Under the pieces are notes generated by a model, which saw only the letters and a list, made by a program, of their open reading frames with translations, had not been told where the DNA came from and did no database searches. A stretch of DNA of 64,000 nt from Myxococcota bacterium (GTDB lineage: Bacteria; Myxococcota_A; UBA9160; SZUA-336): NCBI GenBank assembly GCA_965247115.1, contig CBDFGR010000003.1, positions 1,952,001 to 2,016,000 on the forward strand, in the 5' to 3' direction. Every line of letters begins with the position of its first letter. Within the stretch, counting starts at the first letter, position 1. The translations under genes and the position numbers were made by a program. This document shows, piece after piece, positions 37,715-46,010 of the stretch.

Positions 37715-38515
37715 TCACGGGGCGGGTCCGTGCTCCCCGCCATCCACCAAACCGAGGCCACGCCAGGCGTCGAATCCGAGCAACTGTCGGAGACGGCCAG
37801 GCTGACGGGCCTGCTCGACCACATGGTCGGCGAGGGACACGAACCAGTTTTCCTGAGTGCGAATGTAGGGCCGCGTGTAGTAGGCGAACACACCGGCTCG
37901 GGTCTGGTCCGCCGTGCAGTTGCACCCAGTGTGGTGCCACAGGCGACCGTCCATCACCGCGAGCGTGCCCGCCGGTGCGACGAGCGGCAGCGTCGCAGGC
38001 GGCGGCCCTTCGTGGTCGGTGGGGCCGTGGTCGAGGCGGTGCGACCCCGGAACGTATCGAGTGGCGCCGTTGTCAGCGGTGAAATCGTCGAGCAACCACA
38101 TGGCGTTGGCCGCCACGGGGTCGGCTGGATAGGGCGTGGGGAAGTAGCCCTGGTCGCAGTGCATCCGCATCTCGCCACCACCTGGCTCGGTGATGTTGCC
38201 ACTGATGTTCGAGAGGAGAATGGCCCGTCCGAGCAGCGCTTCGACGAGTTCGAGCGCCGTCGGGTCGATACTCAGATCGACGAACTCCTGGCCGTGGTTC
38301 AAAAGCGTCCAGATCCGCTGGTTCGTGAGATCGGCGTCGAGCCGGTACCCACGGCTATTGGACGGCGAAGCGCGGGCGACCTCGTACAGGCGCGCTCGGG
38401 TACGGTCCAAGCGGCCGGGCTCCAGGGCGCGCGCCACGAGGCACAGCCCGTGGTCGGCCAAATCGCGGCGCGCCGCGTCGAGATCCCCGGTGAGTTGCGG
38501 GCCCCCTGAACTCAT
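37715..38515 (-). CDS. Phytanoyl-CoA dioxygenase (PhyH) family protein
   Basis: MHCDQ, DDFTADNGATRYVPGSH, WHH and TQEN motifs. Confidence 0.92.
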   Translation of the reverse strand: MSSGGPQLTGDLDAARRDLADHGLCLVARALEPGRLDRTRARLYEVARASPSNSRGYRLDADLTNQRIWTLLNHGQEFVDLSIDPTALELVEALLGRAILLSNISGNITEPGGGEMRMHCDQGYFPTPYPADPVAANAMWLLDDFTADNGATRYVPGSHRLDHGPTDHEGPPPATLPLVAPAGTLAVMDGRLWHHTGCNCTADQTRAGVFAYYTRPYIRTQENWFVSLADHVVEQARQPGRLRQLLGFDAWRGLGLVDGGEHGPAP

Positions 38516-38520
38516 CAGCT

Positions 38521-39756
38521 CTAGCCAGTCTCGCGCAACGCGCTCGTCGCAACAGGATCCGCCGCCGACTGCGCGGAGGGACCGGTTTCGCGAAGAGTGG
38601 AGAAGAGCAGGACCGCGAGCAGGTAGCAGAAGGTCCAGAAGGCGAAGCCGACGATCGGCTCGACGCTGACCAGCCTCATCCCGATCACGGGCCCGATGAA
38701 GCCACCCGCAAATCCCCCGGTGATGGCGACACCCATCGCGGAGCCCGCCAGCCGCGGTCCCGGCGGATTCATCTCCAGCGGCACGATGAAGATCAGCACT
38801 ACCGCACCGCTGAAGAACCCGAAGCACGCTGCCAGCCCCATCAGGAGCGAGCCGCTGACCAGCGCGATGGAGAGAACACAAAGCCCGGCCGTCCCGATGC
38901 CCAGAATGAAGATGGGCTTGCGGCGCCCGAGGCGATCCGAGAGCAGGGGAAGCAGCAGGGAGCCGGCCATGAAGGCCCAGGAAAGGATGCTCACGAAAAG
39001 CCCCGCGCCCTCGGGCCCCATCCCGCGCACCTCATTGAGGAAGGTGACAATGTAGCCCATCACCGAGAGGTCACTCCCGATGAAGAGCATGTAGCAGCCG
39101 GCGAGGATCCAGACGCCGCGCACCTCTAGCACGCGGCGCACCCCGACGAGAAGCGGCACTGGAGCTGCGCCGCTGTGCGACGGCGAGCCGTCGCGGACCG
39201 AGAGCAGCCATAGCGTGGCAACGGCCAGAGTAGCCCAGGCGGTCGCCTCGGACAGACCGCGCCAGCCGCCGAAGAACTCGGAAAGCACGGGCGCCGCCAT
39301 GCCGACGGCCGTGAAGCCAACCCCGGCGCCCGCTGCGGCGAGTCCATTGGCGAAGCCGAGCTGCTCGGCCGGGAACCAGAGTCCGAGCGCCTTGGGAACG
39401 TTGGGAAGGATCGTCCCCAGTGCGACGCCGAAGAGCACCATCGAGCCAAACATCTCGACCAGGCCCTGCAGCTGCGCGCGCAGTAGCAGGGAGCCGGCGA
39501 CCAGCACAAGCCCTGCACCGATCACGACGCGCACACCGTAGCGATCGGCCAGCGCGCCGGCGATGATCGCGAACAGGCAAACGCCGAGAGAGATTCCCGC
39601 CCAGAGCAATCCCCAATCCGCGATCTCCAGGGACAGATCTCCGAGGATCTCGGGAACCAGCATGATCACGTAGTTCCAGGCGAAGCCAACGACCAGAACG
39701 TTGACGAGAATCACAGTCGCGAGGATCCACCAGCGATAGCTGGAGCCCGTGTTCAC
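38521..39756 (-). CDS. MFS transporter
   Basis: GALADRYG and LSDRLGRRK loops, about 12 TM segments. Confidence 0.92.
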   Translation of the reverse strand: MNTGSSYRWWILATVILVNVLVVGFAWNYVIMLVPEILGDLSLEIADWGLLWAGISLGVCLFAIIAGALADRYGVRVVIGAGLVLVAGSLLLRAQLQGLVEMFGSMVLFGVALGTILPNVPKALGLWFPAEQLGFANGLAAAGAGVGFTAVGMAAPVLSEFFGGWRGLSEATAWATLAVATLWLLSVRDGSPSHSGAAPVPLLVGVRRVLEVRGVWILAGCYMLFIGSDLSVMGYIVTFLNEVRGMGPEGAGLFVSILSWAFMAGSLLLPLLSDRLGRRKPIFILGIGTAGLCVLSIALVSGSLLMGLAACFGFFSGAVVLIFIVPLEMNPPGPRLAGSAMGVAITGGFAGGFIGPVIGMRLVSVEPIVGFAFWTFCYLLAVLLFSTLRETGPSAQSAADPVATSALRETG

Positions 39757-39814
39757 TCAGTCACACCTCCTTCGAGAGTGTACTCCGAGTCCTCTCGAGG
39801 GGAGAGTGGTCGAG

Positions 39815-40273
39815 CTAGAGCCCGCCCTGCGCGTTGCTTTCGAGCACGCCGGACACCTGGAGTTGAGCGATCAGTCTGCGGCGCGTTTCCGTCACGTTCG
39901 TCAGAGGCTCCGCCCGAAGCGCAGCGACCTCGCGGGCCGTGTACGGCACGAAGGGCCGCGGAAGCTCGGCGCGGCTGAAGGTGAGGAGCGTCCAGTTCAG
40001 GACGGCGGCCAGGCGCTCATCACCCAGCGGGGCCATGGCCACGCCCGGCACGCGCGCCAGAAACTCCCGCCCCTCCTCCAGGTGGAGGAAGTATCCCGTG
40101 AAGCCTGCCAGCGCCGGCACCGCGCCGGGCACGCCCCTCCCATCGACGAGATGACAACCCTGGCAGGAGCGCGCGTAATCCTCCGCGGCCAGCCTGAGCT
40201 CTGCATCTCCTGCGCTCGCGGAGTGGACCATTCCCGCGGCGAGCAGCAGCGCCACGACCCAGATCCATCCCAC
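39815..40273 (-). CDS. Periplasmic mono-haem cytochrome c, likely electron acceptor of the amine dehydrogenase
   Basis: Signal peptide and CQGCH motif. Lies directly downstream of the TTQ small subunit gene. Confidence 0.85.
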   Translation of the reverse strand: MGWIWVVALLLAAGMVHSASAGDAELRLAAEDYARSCQGCHLVDGRGVPGAVPALAGFTGYFLHLEEGREFLARVPGVAMAPLGDERLAAVLNWTLLTFSRAELPRPFVPYTAREVAALRAEPLTNVTETRRRLIAQLQVSGVLESNAQGGL

Positions 40274-40278
40274 GCGGG

Positions 40279-40800
40279 TCAGCTCACGCGGCGGACGATG
40301 GCGGCGCTCGAGCAATGATACACCATGCTCGGGGCGCCGAAGCACCACAAGATGTCGTTGTTCAGGGCCGGCCGATAGACCGGCATCTCGCCCTCTGTGT
40401 TGAGGCAGGAGCAGCGGCCGCAGCTGCCCTTCCCGCAGCAGTCTCGATAGGCAAGCAGATAGGTTTGGCCGTCGTCCGGATTGATGCAGCTGCCGACCCA
40501 GGCTGTCGGAGAAGGGGTGCTGCCCGGCGGACACACGTTCGGACCCCCGCCGCAGCAGCTGCACATGTAGCCGTCGATGGCGCAGTAGCGCCAGTAGTTG
40601 CACTGGGTCGGATCGTTGGTCTGGGCACTGGCGGCGAAGAGCTCCTTCGAGCCCCGGCGATCGAACGGCAGCAGGGGAAGCAGCGCTCCCCCCACAAGCA
40701 CCATTCCCACCCGAGTGAGGAAGTGCCGCCGGGAAGTGCCCCGCGCGAAGCGTCGGCTGACTCGCTCGACCGAGCGATCGATCCAGGTGCTGGGCTTCAT
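40279..40800 (-). CDS. mauA: TTQ-dependent amine dehydrogenase small (light) subunit
   Basis: Tat leader SRRHFL, 14 Cys, both TTQ Trp residues (AWVGSC, DILWCFG), CAIDG and YRDCCG. Confidence 0.93.
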   Translation of the reverse strand: MKPSTWIDRSVERVSRRFARGTSRRHFLTRVGMVLVGGALLPLLPFDRRGSKELFAASAQTNDPTQCNYWRYCAIDGYMCSCCGGGPNVCPPGSTPSPTAWVGSCINPDDGQTYLLAYRDCCGKGSCGRCSCLNTEGEMPVYRPALNNDILWCFGAPSMVYHCSSAAIVRRVS

Positions 40801-40824
40801 GATCGCGTGCCTCCTCGGCGTGGC

Positions 40825-42009
40825 TCACTCGCCGTACACGTGGAGCACGAGCGGCGAAGACCCGAGCTCGTCGACCGACCCGAGCTGTCGTCCCGAACCC
40901 ACGTCGTAGATCGCAAGCGTCGCCGACTCCGAGAGTGCGTAGAGCTGCGGACTCTCGTCCTGACTGACGGCGATCGAGACGGACGGATGCTCGAGCGAAA
41001 TGCGGGCGATGCGCTTGCGCTTCTCGATGTCGAACACCCACACCTCCGTGCCCGCCTGCTTGTGGGTCCACTCAGGTCCCCGGTGCATCAGCACAAAGAG
41101 CCGGCCTCGGGGGCCGTGCCAGGCCACCGGCTGCCATCCGCCCGGACGCCAACCCTCCTCCCGATCCGGCTCCCCCACAGACGACCAGGGCCCCTCGAAG
41201 CTGGGCTCTGGTGCCGCGAGGTCCGCGCGGTAGACCTTTCCGCCGTAGGAGACGAAGTAGGCCCGCGCCCGCCGCGTGAGGAACGCGGGATGCTCGAACA
41301 CGGGATCCTGCTGGGCGTCGAAGAAGCTCTGGCTGAGGACGCTCTCGGCCTTCCCCTCCTCATCGAAGCTCACCGTCCGGAGCGATCCGTTGGCGCAGAT
41401 CATCGAGAAGCGGCGCGGCGCGGATGGGAACACGAGCGCGCATCCCGGCGTCTCCACGTCGGCCAGGTACGTGCGGCTCTTCACGTCGATGATGCTCACG
41501 GTGGTAGCCGGCGCCATGTTGAAGGACAGGAAGTACCTGCCGTCAGGCGTCACGCCGGCGTTGTGCTTCTTGCTCACGACCAGGAAGCGGCCGTTGGGAA
41601 GGACCACCTCCCCGGTCGGATCGAGGGTGCGAGCGTCGAAGAAGCTCACCACGTCGGTTCGCTCGCCACGCGTCCCACGCGACCAGAAGGTCTCGGCGAT
41701 GTAGAGCTCACTGTGATCTGGAGCCAGTACGAAGTTCGGCACGTAGCCGGCGTTCAGCATCCCGATCACCGCGCGTCGGTCCCCGTCGATGATGTAGGTC
41801 TTCGCGGCGATGAGATGGGGAAAGACCGGGTCGACCACGTAGACGCGGTGCGCACCTGCGGGCTCCAGGGTGGCCGTCGTGTGCGCCTCGGCCAGCTGGG
41901 GCTCAGCCTCCTCCGGAAGCTGTGCCGCCGCCGGGAGCGCCAGCCCGACCAGCAGAGCGCCGGCCAGCGCGACGCCCCGGAGGTTCCTTGAGCTCTTATA
42001 CCTCGGCAT
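40825..42009 (-). CDS. mauB: TTQ-dependent amine dehydrogenase large (heavy) subunit
   Basis: Signal peptide, then RVYVVD, SRGTRGERTDVV, PGCAL, GWRPGGWQ and THKQAGTEVWVFD. Confidence 0.92.
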   Translation of the reverse strand: MPRYKSSRNLRGVALAGALLVGLALPAAAQLPEEAEPQLAEAHTTATLEPAGAHRVYVVDPVFPHLIAAKTYIIDGDRRAVIGMLNAGYVPNFVLAPDHSELYIAETFWSRGTRGERTDVVSFFDARTLDPTGEVVLPNGRFLVVSKKHNAGVTPDGRYFLSFNMAPATTVSIIDVKSRTYLADVETPGCALVFPSAPRRFSMICANGSLRTVSFDEEGKAESVLSQSFFDAQQDPVFEHPAFLTRRARAYFVSYGGKVYRADLAAPEPSFEGPWSSVGEPDREEGWRPGGWQPVAWHGPRGRLFVLMHRGPEWTHKQAGTEVWVFDIEKRKRIARISLEHPSVSIAVSQDESPQLYALSESATLAIYDVGSGRQLGSVDELGSSPLVLHVYGE

Positions 42010-42121
42010 CCGACAGCTTGTTGCCAGGGTTCTGAAAGGGCGGCGCGAATCCCACGCGCATGGGGTCCTCCAGCTGGATATTGCTCAGCCTATCACGCTG
42101 AATCGGGGTACAGTGCTGGTC

Positions 42122-42997
42122 ATGAAGTTCGGCTACCTGTCCCTGAACCATATTGGCGGGCTCCGTCCCGATGTCCTCGCGAAGGAGCTCGAAGACCGCG
42201 GCTTTGACTCGGTGTGGATGCCCGAGCACAGCCACATCCCCGTGAGTCGCGATACTGCCTATCCAGGCGGGGACCAGCTCCCAGATGGCTACTCGCACAT
42301 GATGGATCCGTTCGTCTCGCTGACGGCGGCTGCGTCCGCGACCTTGACGATCAAGCTCTGCACCGGTATCTGCCTCGTACTGGAGCACGACCTGCTGGAT
42401 CTAGCCTGCACGGTCGCGACAATCGACGCGCTGACTGGCGGGCGCGTGCTGCTCGGGATCGGTGTGGGGTGGAACCGTGAGGAGCTGGCGAACCACCGCC
42501 CCGACCTGCCGTTCAAGCTGCGGTACTCGGCAATGCGAGAGCGGGTGGCTGCCCTGCGCACCATCTGGACCAGCGAGGAGCCCGAGTACACGGGCCGCTG
42601 GGATCGCTTCACCGCGTCATGGGTCTATCCCAAGCCTGTCCAGCAACCCGTGCCCATCGCTCTTGGCAACGCTGGGCCCCTAGGGATACGGCACGCCGCG
42701 GAGTACGCCGACGCTTGGTGTCCCATCGATGCCTCGCTGGTTCCGCTCGGCGGTCCGGCGGATGCAATCCCGATGTTCCGGGACCTAGCCGCCAAGTCCG
42801 ACCGCGATCCAGATGCGATCCCCATCAGCGTGTTCTCCTGGGGGCCACCGAACCAGCACCGCTTCGAGCAGTATCGAGCTCTAGGGGTCCACCGGGTCGT
42901 GTTGCCTCCGCCGTCGATGAACACAACGGACGCGGACCGCACGCTCGAGTACCTCGACGAGGCGCTGCCGCTGCTGAGCGAGTTCGACGAAGCTTGA
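42122..42997 (+). CDS. LLM-class probable F420-dependent oxidoreductase (Rv2161c-like)
   Basis: WMPEHSHIP, DPFVSL, GIGVGWNREE and PKPVQ motifs. Confidence 0.9.
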   Translation: MKFGYLSLNHIGGLRPDVLAKELEDRGFDSVWMPEHSHIPVSRDTAYPGGDQLPDGYSHMMDPFVSLTAAASATLTIKLCTGICLVLEHDLLDLACTVATIDALTGGRVLLGIGVGWNREELANHRPDLPFKLRYSAMRERVAALRTIWTSEEPEYTGRWDRFTASWVYPKPVQQPVPIALGNAGPLGIRHAAEYADAWCPIDASLVPLGGPADAIPMFRDLAAKSDRDPDAIPISVFSWGPPNQHRFEQYRALGVHRVVLPPPSMNTTDADRTLEYLDEALPLLSEFDEA

Positions 42998-43040
42998 GGA
43001 CGTAGTACTCCTCGCATCGCCGAGGCGTGGAGGGGATCTC

Positions 43041-43430
43041 TCAGGCGAGCGCCGCCGCAACGAAGAGGCCAATGACGCAGAGTAGGCCTACCAGGAACGC
43101 TGCACTCCGTCCCTTGTCAAAGTCATTGATATAGAAGATGCCGTGCAGAACTCGGGCGGCGACCCAGACCAGACAAAGAGCCGCCGCCGAGCCGGCGCCG
43201 GCGCCGACCAGGTGATTGACGATAACGGCTGGCGCGAAGATCCCGAGTGCCTCCCAGGCATTCGCCTGGGCGGCGACTACCCGACCTCCCTTCCCGGTCA
43301 GCCTCGCAGCCTGGGCCCGGGGCTCCTTGCTGTCGGGTCCCCCCAGCTCTTTCAAGTACGGCAGACGGGCGGTCGCCCAGACGTAGGGAAGCAGGACTCC
43401 AGCAAACAGGCACCAGAACGGAACGGTCAT
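43041..43430 (-). CDS. MAPEG family membrane protein
   Basis: PR..A..L.G...R..AAQANAWEAL..FAPAV and ARVLH motifs. Confidence 0.88.
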   Translation of the reverse strand: MTVPFWCLFAGVLLPYVWATARLPYLKELGGPDSKEPRAQAARLTGKGGRVVAAQANAWEALGIFAPAVIVNHLVGAGAGSAAALCLVWVAARVLHGIFYINDFDKGRSAAFLVGLLCVIGLFVAAALA

Positions 43431-43457
43431 CGCCCTCTCCTACCGACGCGCCTCAAA

Positions 43458-45008
43458 TCAGGCTGCCATCAACTCCATCGCGTGACGGTACACGCTGTGC
43501 TCCTTGCCGGCATGAATCACAGCGGCGGACTTGGCGGCGGAGACCATGTGCAACCATCGGAAGGGCTCGCGCGTCGAATAGTACTCGTCGGCGATGGCCT
43601 GGAAGTGCTTCAGCGAGTGCATTTCGGTGAAATCGTCGCGACACGCGATCTCCGCAAGTCTGTCGAAGTAGGCTCGCGGGTCGTAGCCCTTGTCCGAGTA
43701 CTGGCGTGCGAGTGCGATCGAGTTTCTGACCTCGTCGGGTGCAACCGTCATCGCGACACCGATCTGTCGCCAATCGAGCCACGGTTGACCTTCGATGCTG
43801 TCGGTAATGGCGTCGAGCAACTCCTCCTGGCCGCGGTCTGGCAGCGATGCCGAGATATCTGGGGCGAGATTTGACTCCCAATTCAAAAGCCGCTCGGCCA
43901 GCAGCACTTCGGGCCCCGTAAAGCCCGTCAGGAGACCCAGGAGCTTGTTCCTGAGACTGACGCCGTTCTGCGAGAGTAGATAACGGCGATTGTTGGTCCC
44001 GGTATGTAGATGCGAGTCCATGGGGTTGCCGTAGCTAGTGGACAGGTACGCGGCCGCGGAACCGATCGACAGCGCTTCCCCCGCGCCTTCCAACGACAAT
44101 CCCGAGGCCAACGCCTCCGCCATGAGTTCGATGTTGTCGAGATACTTCTTGGTCCTACCCATCTGCAGCCCCAGCTCGCCAATTCGAGTCGTTTCGGCTG
44201 GTGTGCTTTCTTCCTGGATGTCGATTTCGAGCAGCTTGTATGTGTCCAGTAGCGCTTCCACCTCAGCGAAGTCGAACACCTTCGGGAGCAGGCGCGAGGG
44301 CCTACGCGCCTGGTAGCGCACTGCGGGTCGGGCCAGCACGCTCGCCCACTCCCAACCCAGCCAATCGAGAGCGCGTGCCGTGTACACGGGATATATGAAG
44401 TTGTGATCGTCCATCCCGTTGCGTGCAATTGCGAGCGGTAGCAGCTGATCCAGGGATTCGCCGGGTGAAAGGTGATTCAGGAGCCACAGGAAGTAGTGTT
44501 CCGCTGCCGGGGCCTCCATGGCCCGCAGGCTCTTGTGAAACGCGCCCTTGGTCGCCTCGATGCCATGCGTCGCATCCTTCGCGGCAGGCGCAAGACCTTC
44601 AGTCAGAGCTTCCTCAGAAACGTGAAAACTTTCAACGGAGCTCGGACGACCCTCGATGGGGTCGATCTCGGCCATGACATAGGGACCCATGTGCGGTGAG
44701 TTCACGTGGTGGTTACACACGGCGGTGTGTTGAAGGACCGGAAGGTAGGAAAGCTCACCAGCGAGACGTTGCGCAACCCGATGGACCGCGTGGACACCAC
44801 ACACGGGATGTAAGGGGCCACCGTGATGCTGCGGAGGAACCTCTGTAGAGCGCACAACCGCCAAGGAGTTCGCCCTAATCATCTGTGTGGCGGAGGTGCC
44901 ATTTCTGAGCTTCTCGAGTGTCTGCTCCACAATTACGCGTGGGTCTGATTCCTCGACGAAGCGCACGAGGCCTTCCACCTCGGGGTGAAACTGAATTGGT
45001 TTGAACAT
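43458..45008 (-). CDS. Hypothetical protein (516 aa, alpha-helical, four His-containing repeats)
   Basis: Long ORF with a GAGGGGG RBS. No family confidently recognised. Confidence 0.8.
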   Translation of the reverse strand: MFKPIQFHPEVEGLVRFVEESDPRVIVEQTLEKLRNGTSATQMIRANSLAVVRSTEVPPQHHGGPLHPVCGVHAVHRVAQRLAGELSYLPVLQHTAVCNHHVNSPHMGPYVMAEIDPIEGRPSSVESFHVSEEALTEGLAPAAKDATHGIEATKGAFHKSLRAMEAPAAEHYFLWLLNHLSPGESLDQLLPLAIARNGMDDHNFIYPVYTARALDWLGWEWASVLARPAVRYQARRPSRLLPKVFDFAEVEALLDTYKLLEIDIQEESTPAETTRIGELGLQMGRTKKYLDNIELMAEALASGLSLEGAGEALSIGSAAAYLSTSYGNPMDSHLHTGTNNRRYLLSQNGVSLRNKLLGLLTGFTGPEVLLAERLLNWESNLAPDISASLPDRGQEELLDAITDSIEGQPWLDWRQIGVAMTVAPDEVRNSIALARQYSDKGYDPRAYFDRLAEIACRDDFTEMHSLKHFQAIADEYYSTREPFRWLHMVSAAKSAAVIHAGKEHSVYRHAMELMAA

Positions 45009-45114
45009 GATCCCCCCTCGCTCTGACTCCCGGCTGCGCCGAGACCAGGGACGCCATATCCTAGCACGAGAGGCTAAGACAACACGCTACGACGCAATGT
45101 CGAGGAGGTGAATT

Positions 45115-45534
45115 GTGATCCGCCGAACTGTAATGGCGATCGTTGGGATCGTACTACTCGGCGCCACCAGCGCAGAGGGGCAACAGACCTACCCGAACAT
45201 CACTGGCGAAACGATCCTTGAGGATGATCGCATTATCGTCCAGCGGTTCGTGCTTGAGCCCGGACAACCGGAAGGGATCCACGAGCACCCCGAGTTTCAA
45301 CTTGTCATTGTGCTGCAATCGAGCAACGGACTCGTAACGAAGTTCCGCGGAGAGGAGAGAGTCTTCAATCGCACGGGCGACGAGCCAGATCGACCCGGAG
45401 GAATAGGCGCGTTTTGGCGACCCGGTCCGGTTCTGCTCAGCGACGAACACGAAAGCATCAATACGGGAACCCGGCCGCTTGAATGGATCGCCATAACCTT
45501 CAAGAAGGACTCGATTGCAGTCGAGAACCCGTGA
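45115..45534 (+). CDS. Secreted cupin-like protein
   Basis: Signal peptide, LEDDRIIVQRFVLEPGQ..IHEHP and HESINTG.RPLEWI. GAGGAGG RBS. Confidence 0.78.
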   Translation: MIRRTVMAIVGIVLLGATSAEGQQTYPNITGETILEDDRIIVQRFVLEPGQPEGIHEHPEFQLVIVLQSSNGLVTKFRGEERVFNRTGDEPDRPGGIGAFWRPGPVLLSDEHESINTGTRPLEWIAITFKKDSIAVENP

Positions 45535-45549
45535 GCTTTGCGACTCCGT

Positions 45550-45948
45550 TCAACCTGGAAGGCCGGCGATCGCCTCCACCTCGACCAGGAGTCCAGGGAT
45601 GGCGAGCTTCGCTACCTCGACGAGAGCGCTGGCGGGTCGGGCGTCGCCGAAGAACTCCTGACGAACCGGATTGATCTTCGCACGGTCCTCGATGTTCTGG
45701 AGATACACCGTCACCTTGAGCACGTCGCTGAAGCTGCTGCCCTCAGCCTCTAGGGCTCGCTGGAGGTTGCTGAACACTGCCCTGGCCTGGACAACGACAT
45801 CCCCCTCGCCGATCAGTTTGTTCTGGGCGTCGACCGCCATCATGCCGGAGATGAACAGCAGGTTGCCGAAGCGAACGGCATCGGTGTAGTGGCTGATCGG
45901 TTCGCCCAGCCCCGGGAGGCGGACTTCTTTTCGTTTCCAGTCGACCAT
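45550..45948 (-). CDS. RidA/YjgF/UK114 family protein
   Basis: LLFISG, QAR..F.NL, DVLKVTVYL, RPAS and LVEVEAIA motifs. Confidence 0.93.
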   Translation of the reverse strand: MVDWKRKEVRLPGLGEPISHYTDAVRFGNLLFISGMMAVDAQNKLIGEGDVVVQARAVFSNLQRALEAEGSSFSDVLKVTVYLQNIEDRAKINPVRQEFFGDARPASALVEVAKLAIPGLLVEVEAIAGLPG

Positions 45949-46010
45949 GCCAGTAGTATACGATGCTGTGCAAATAACTGGACAAAACGATACCGACCGG
46001 AGGTACTCTG

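Noticed and set aside
39815..41071. 418-aa ORF suggesting a large cytochrome fusion
   Set aside because: The upstream part overlaps mauA/mauB in another frame. Only the last ~152 aa (signal peptide + CxxCH) is credible.
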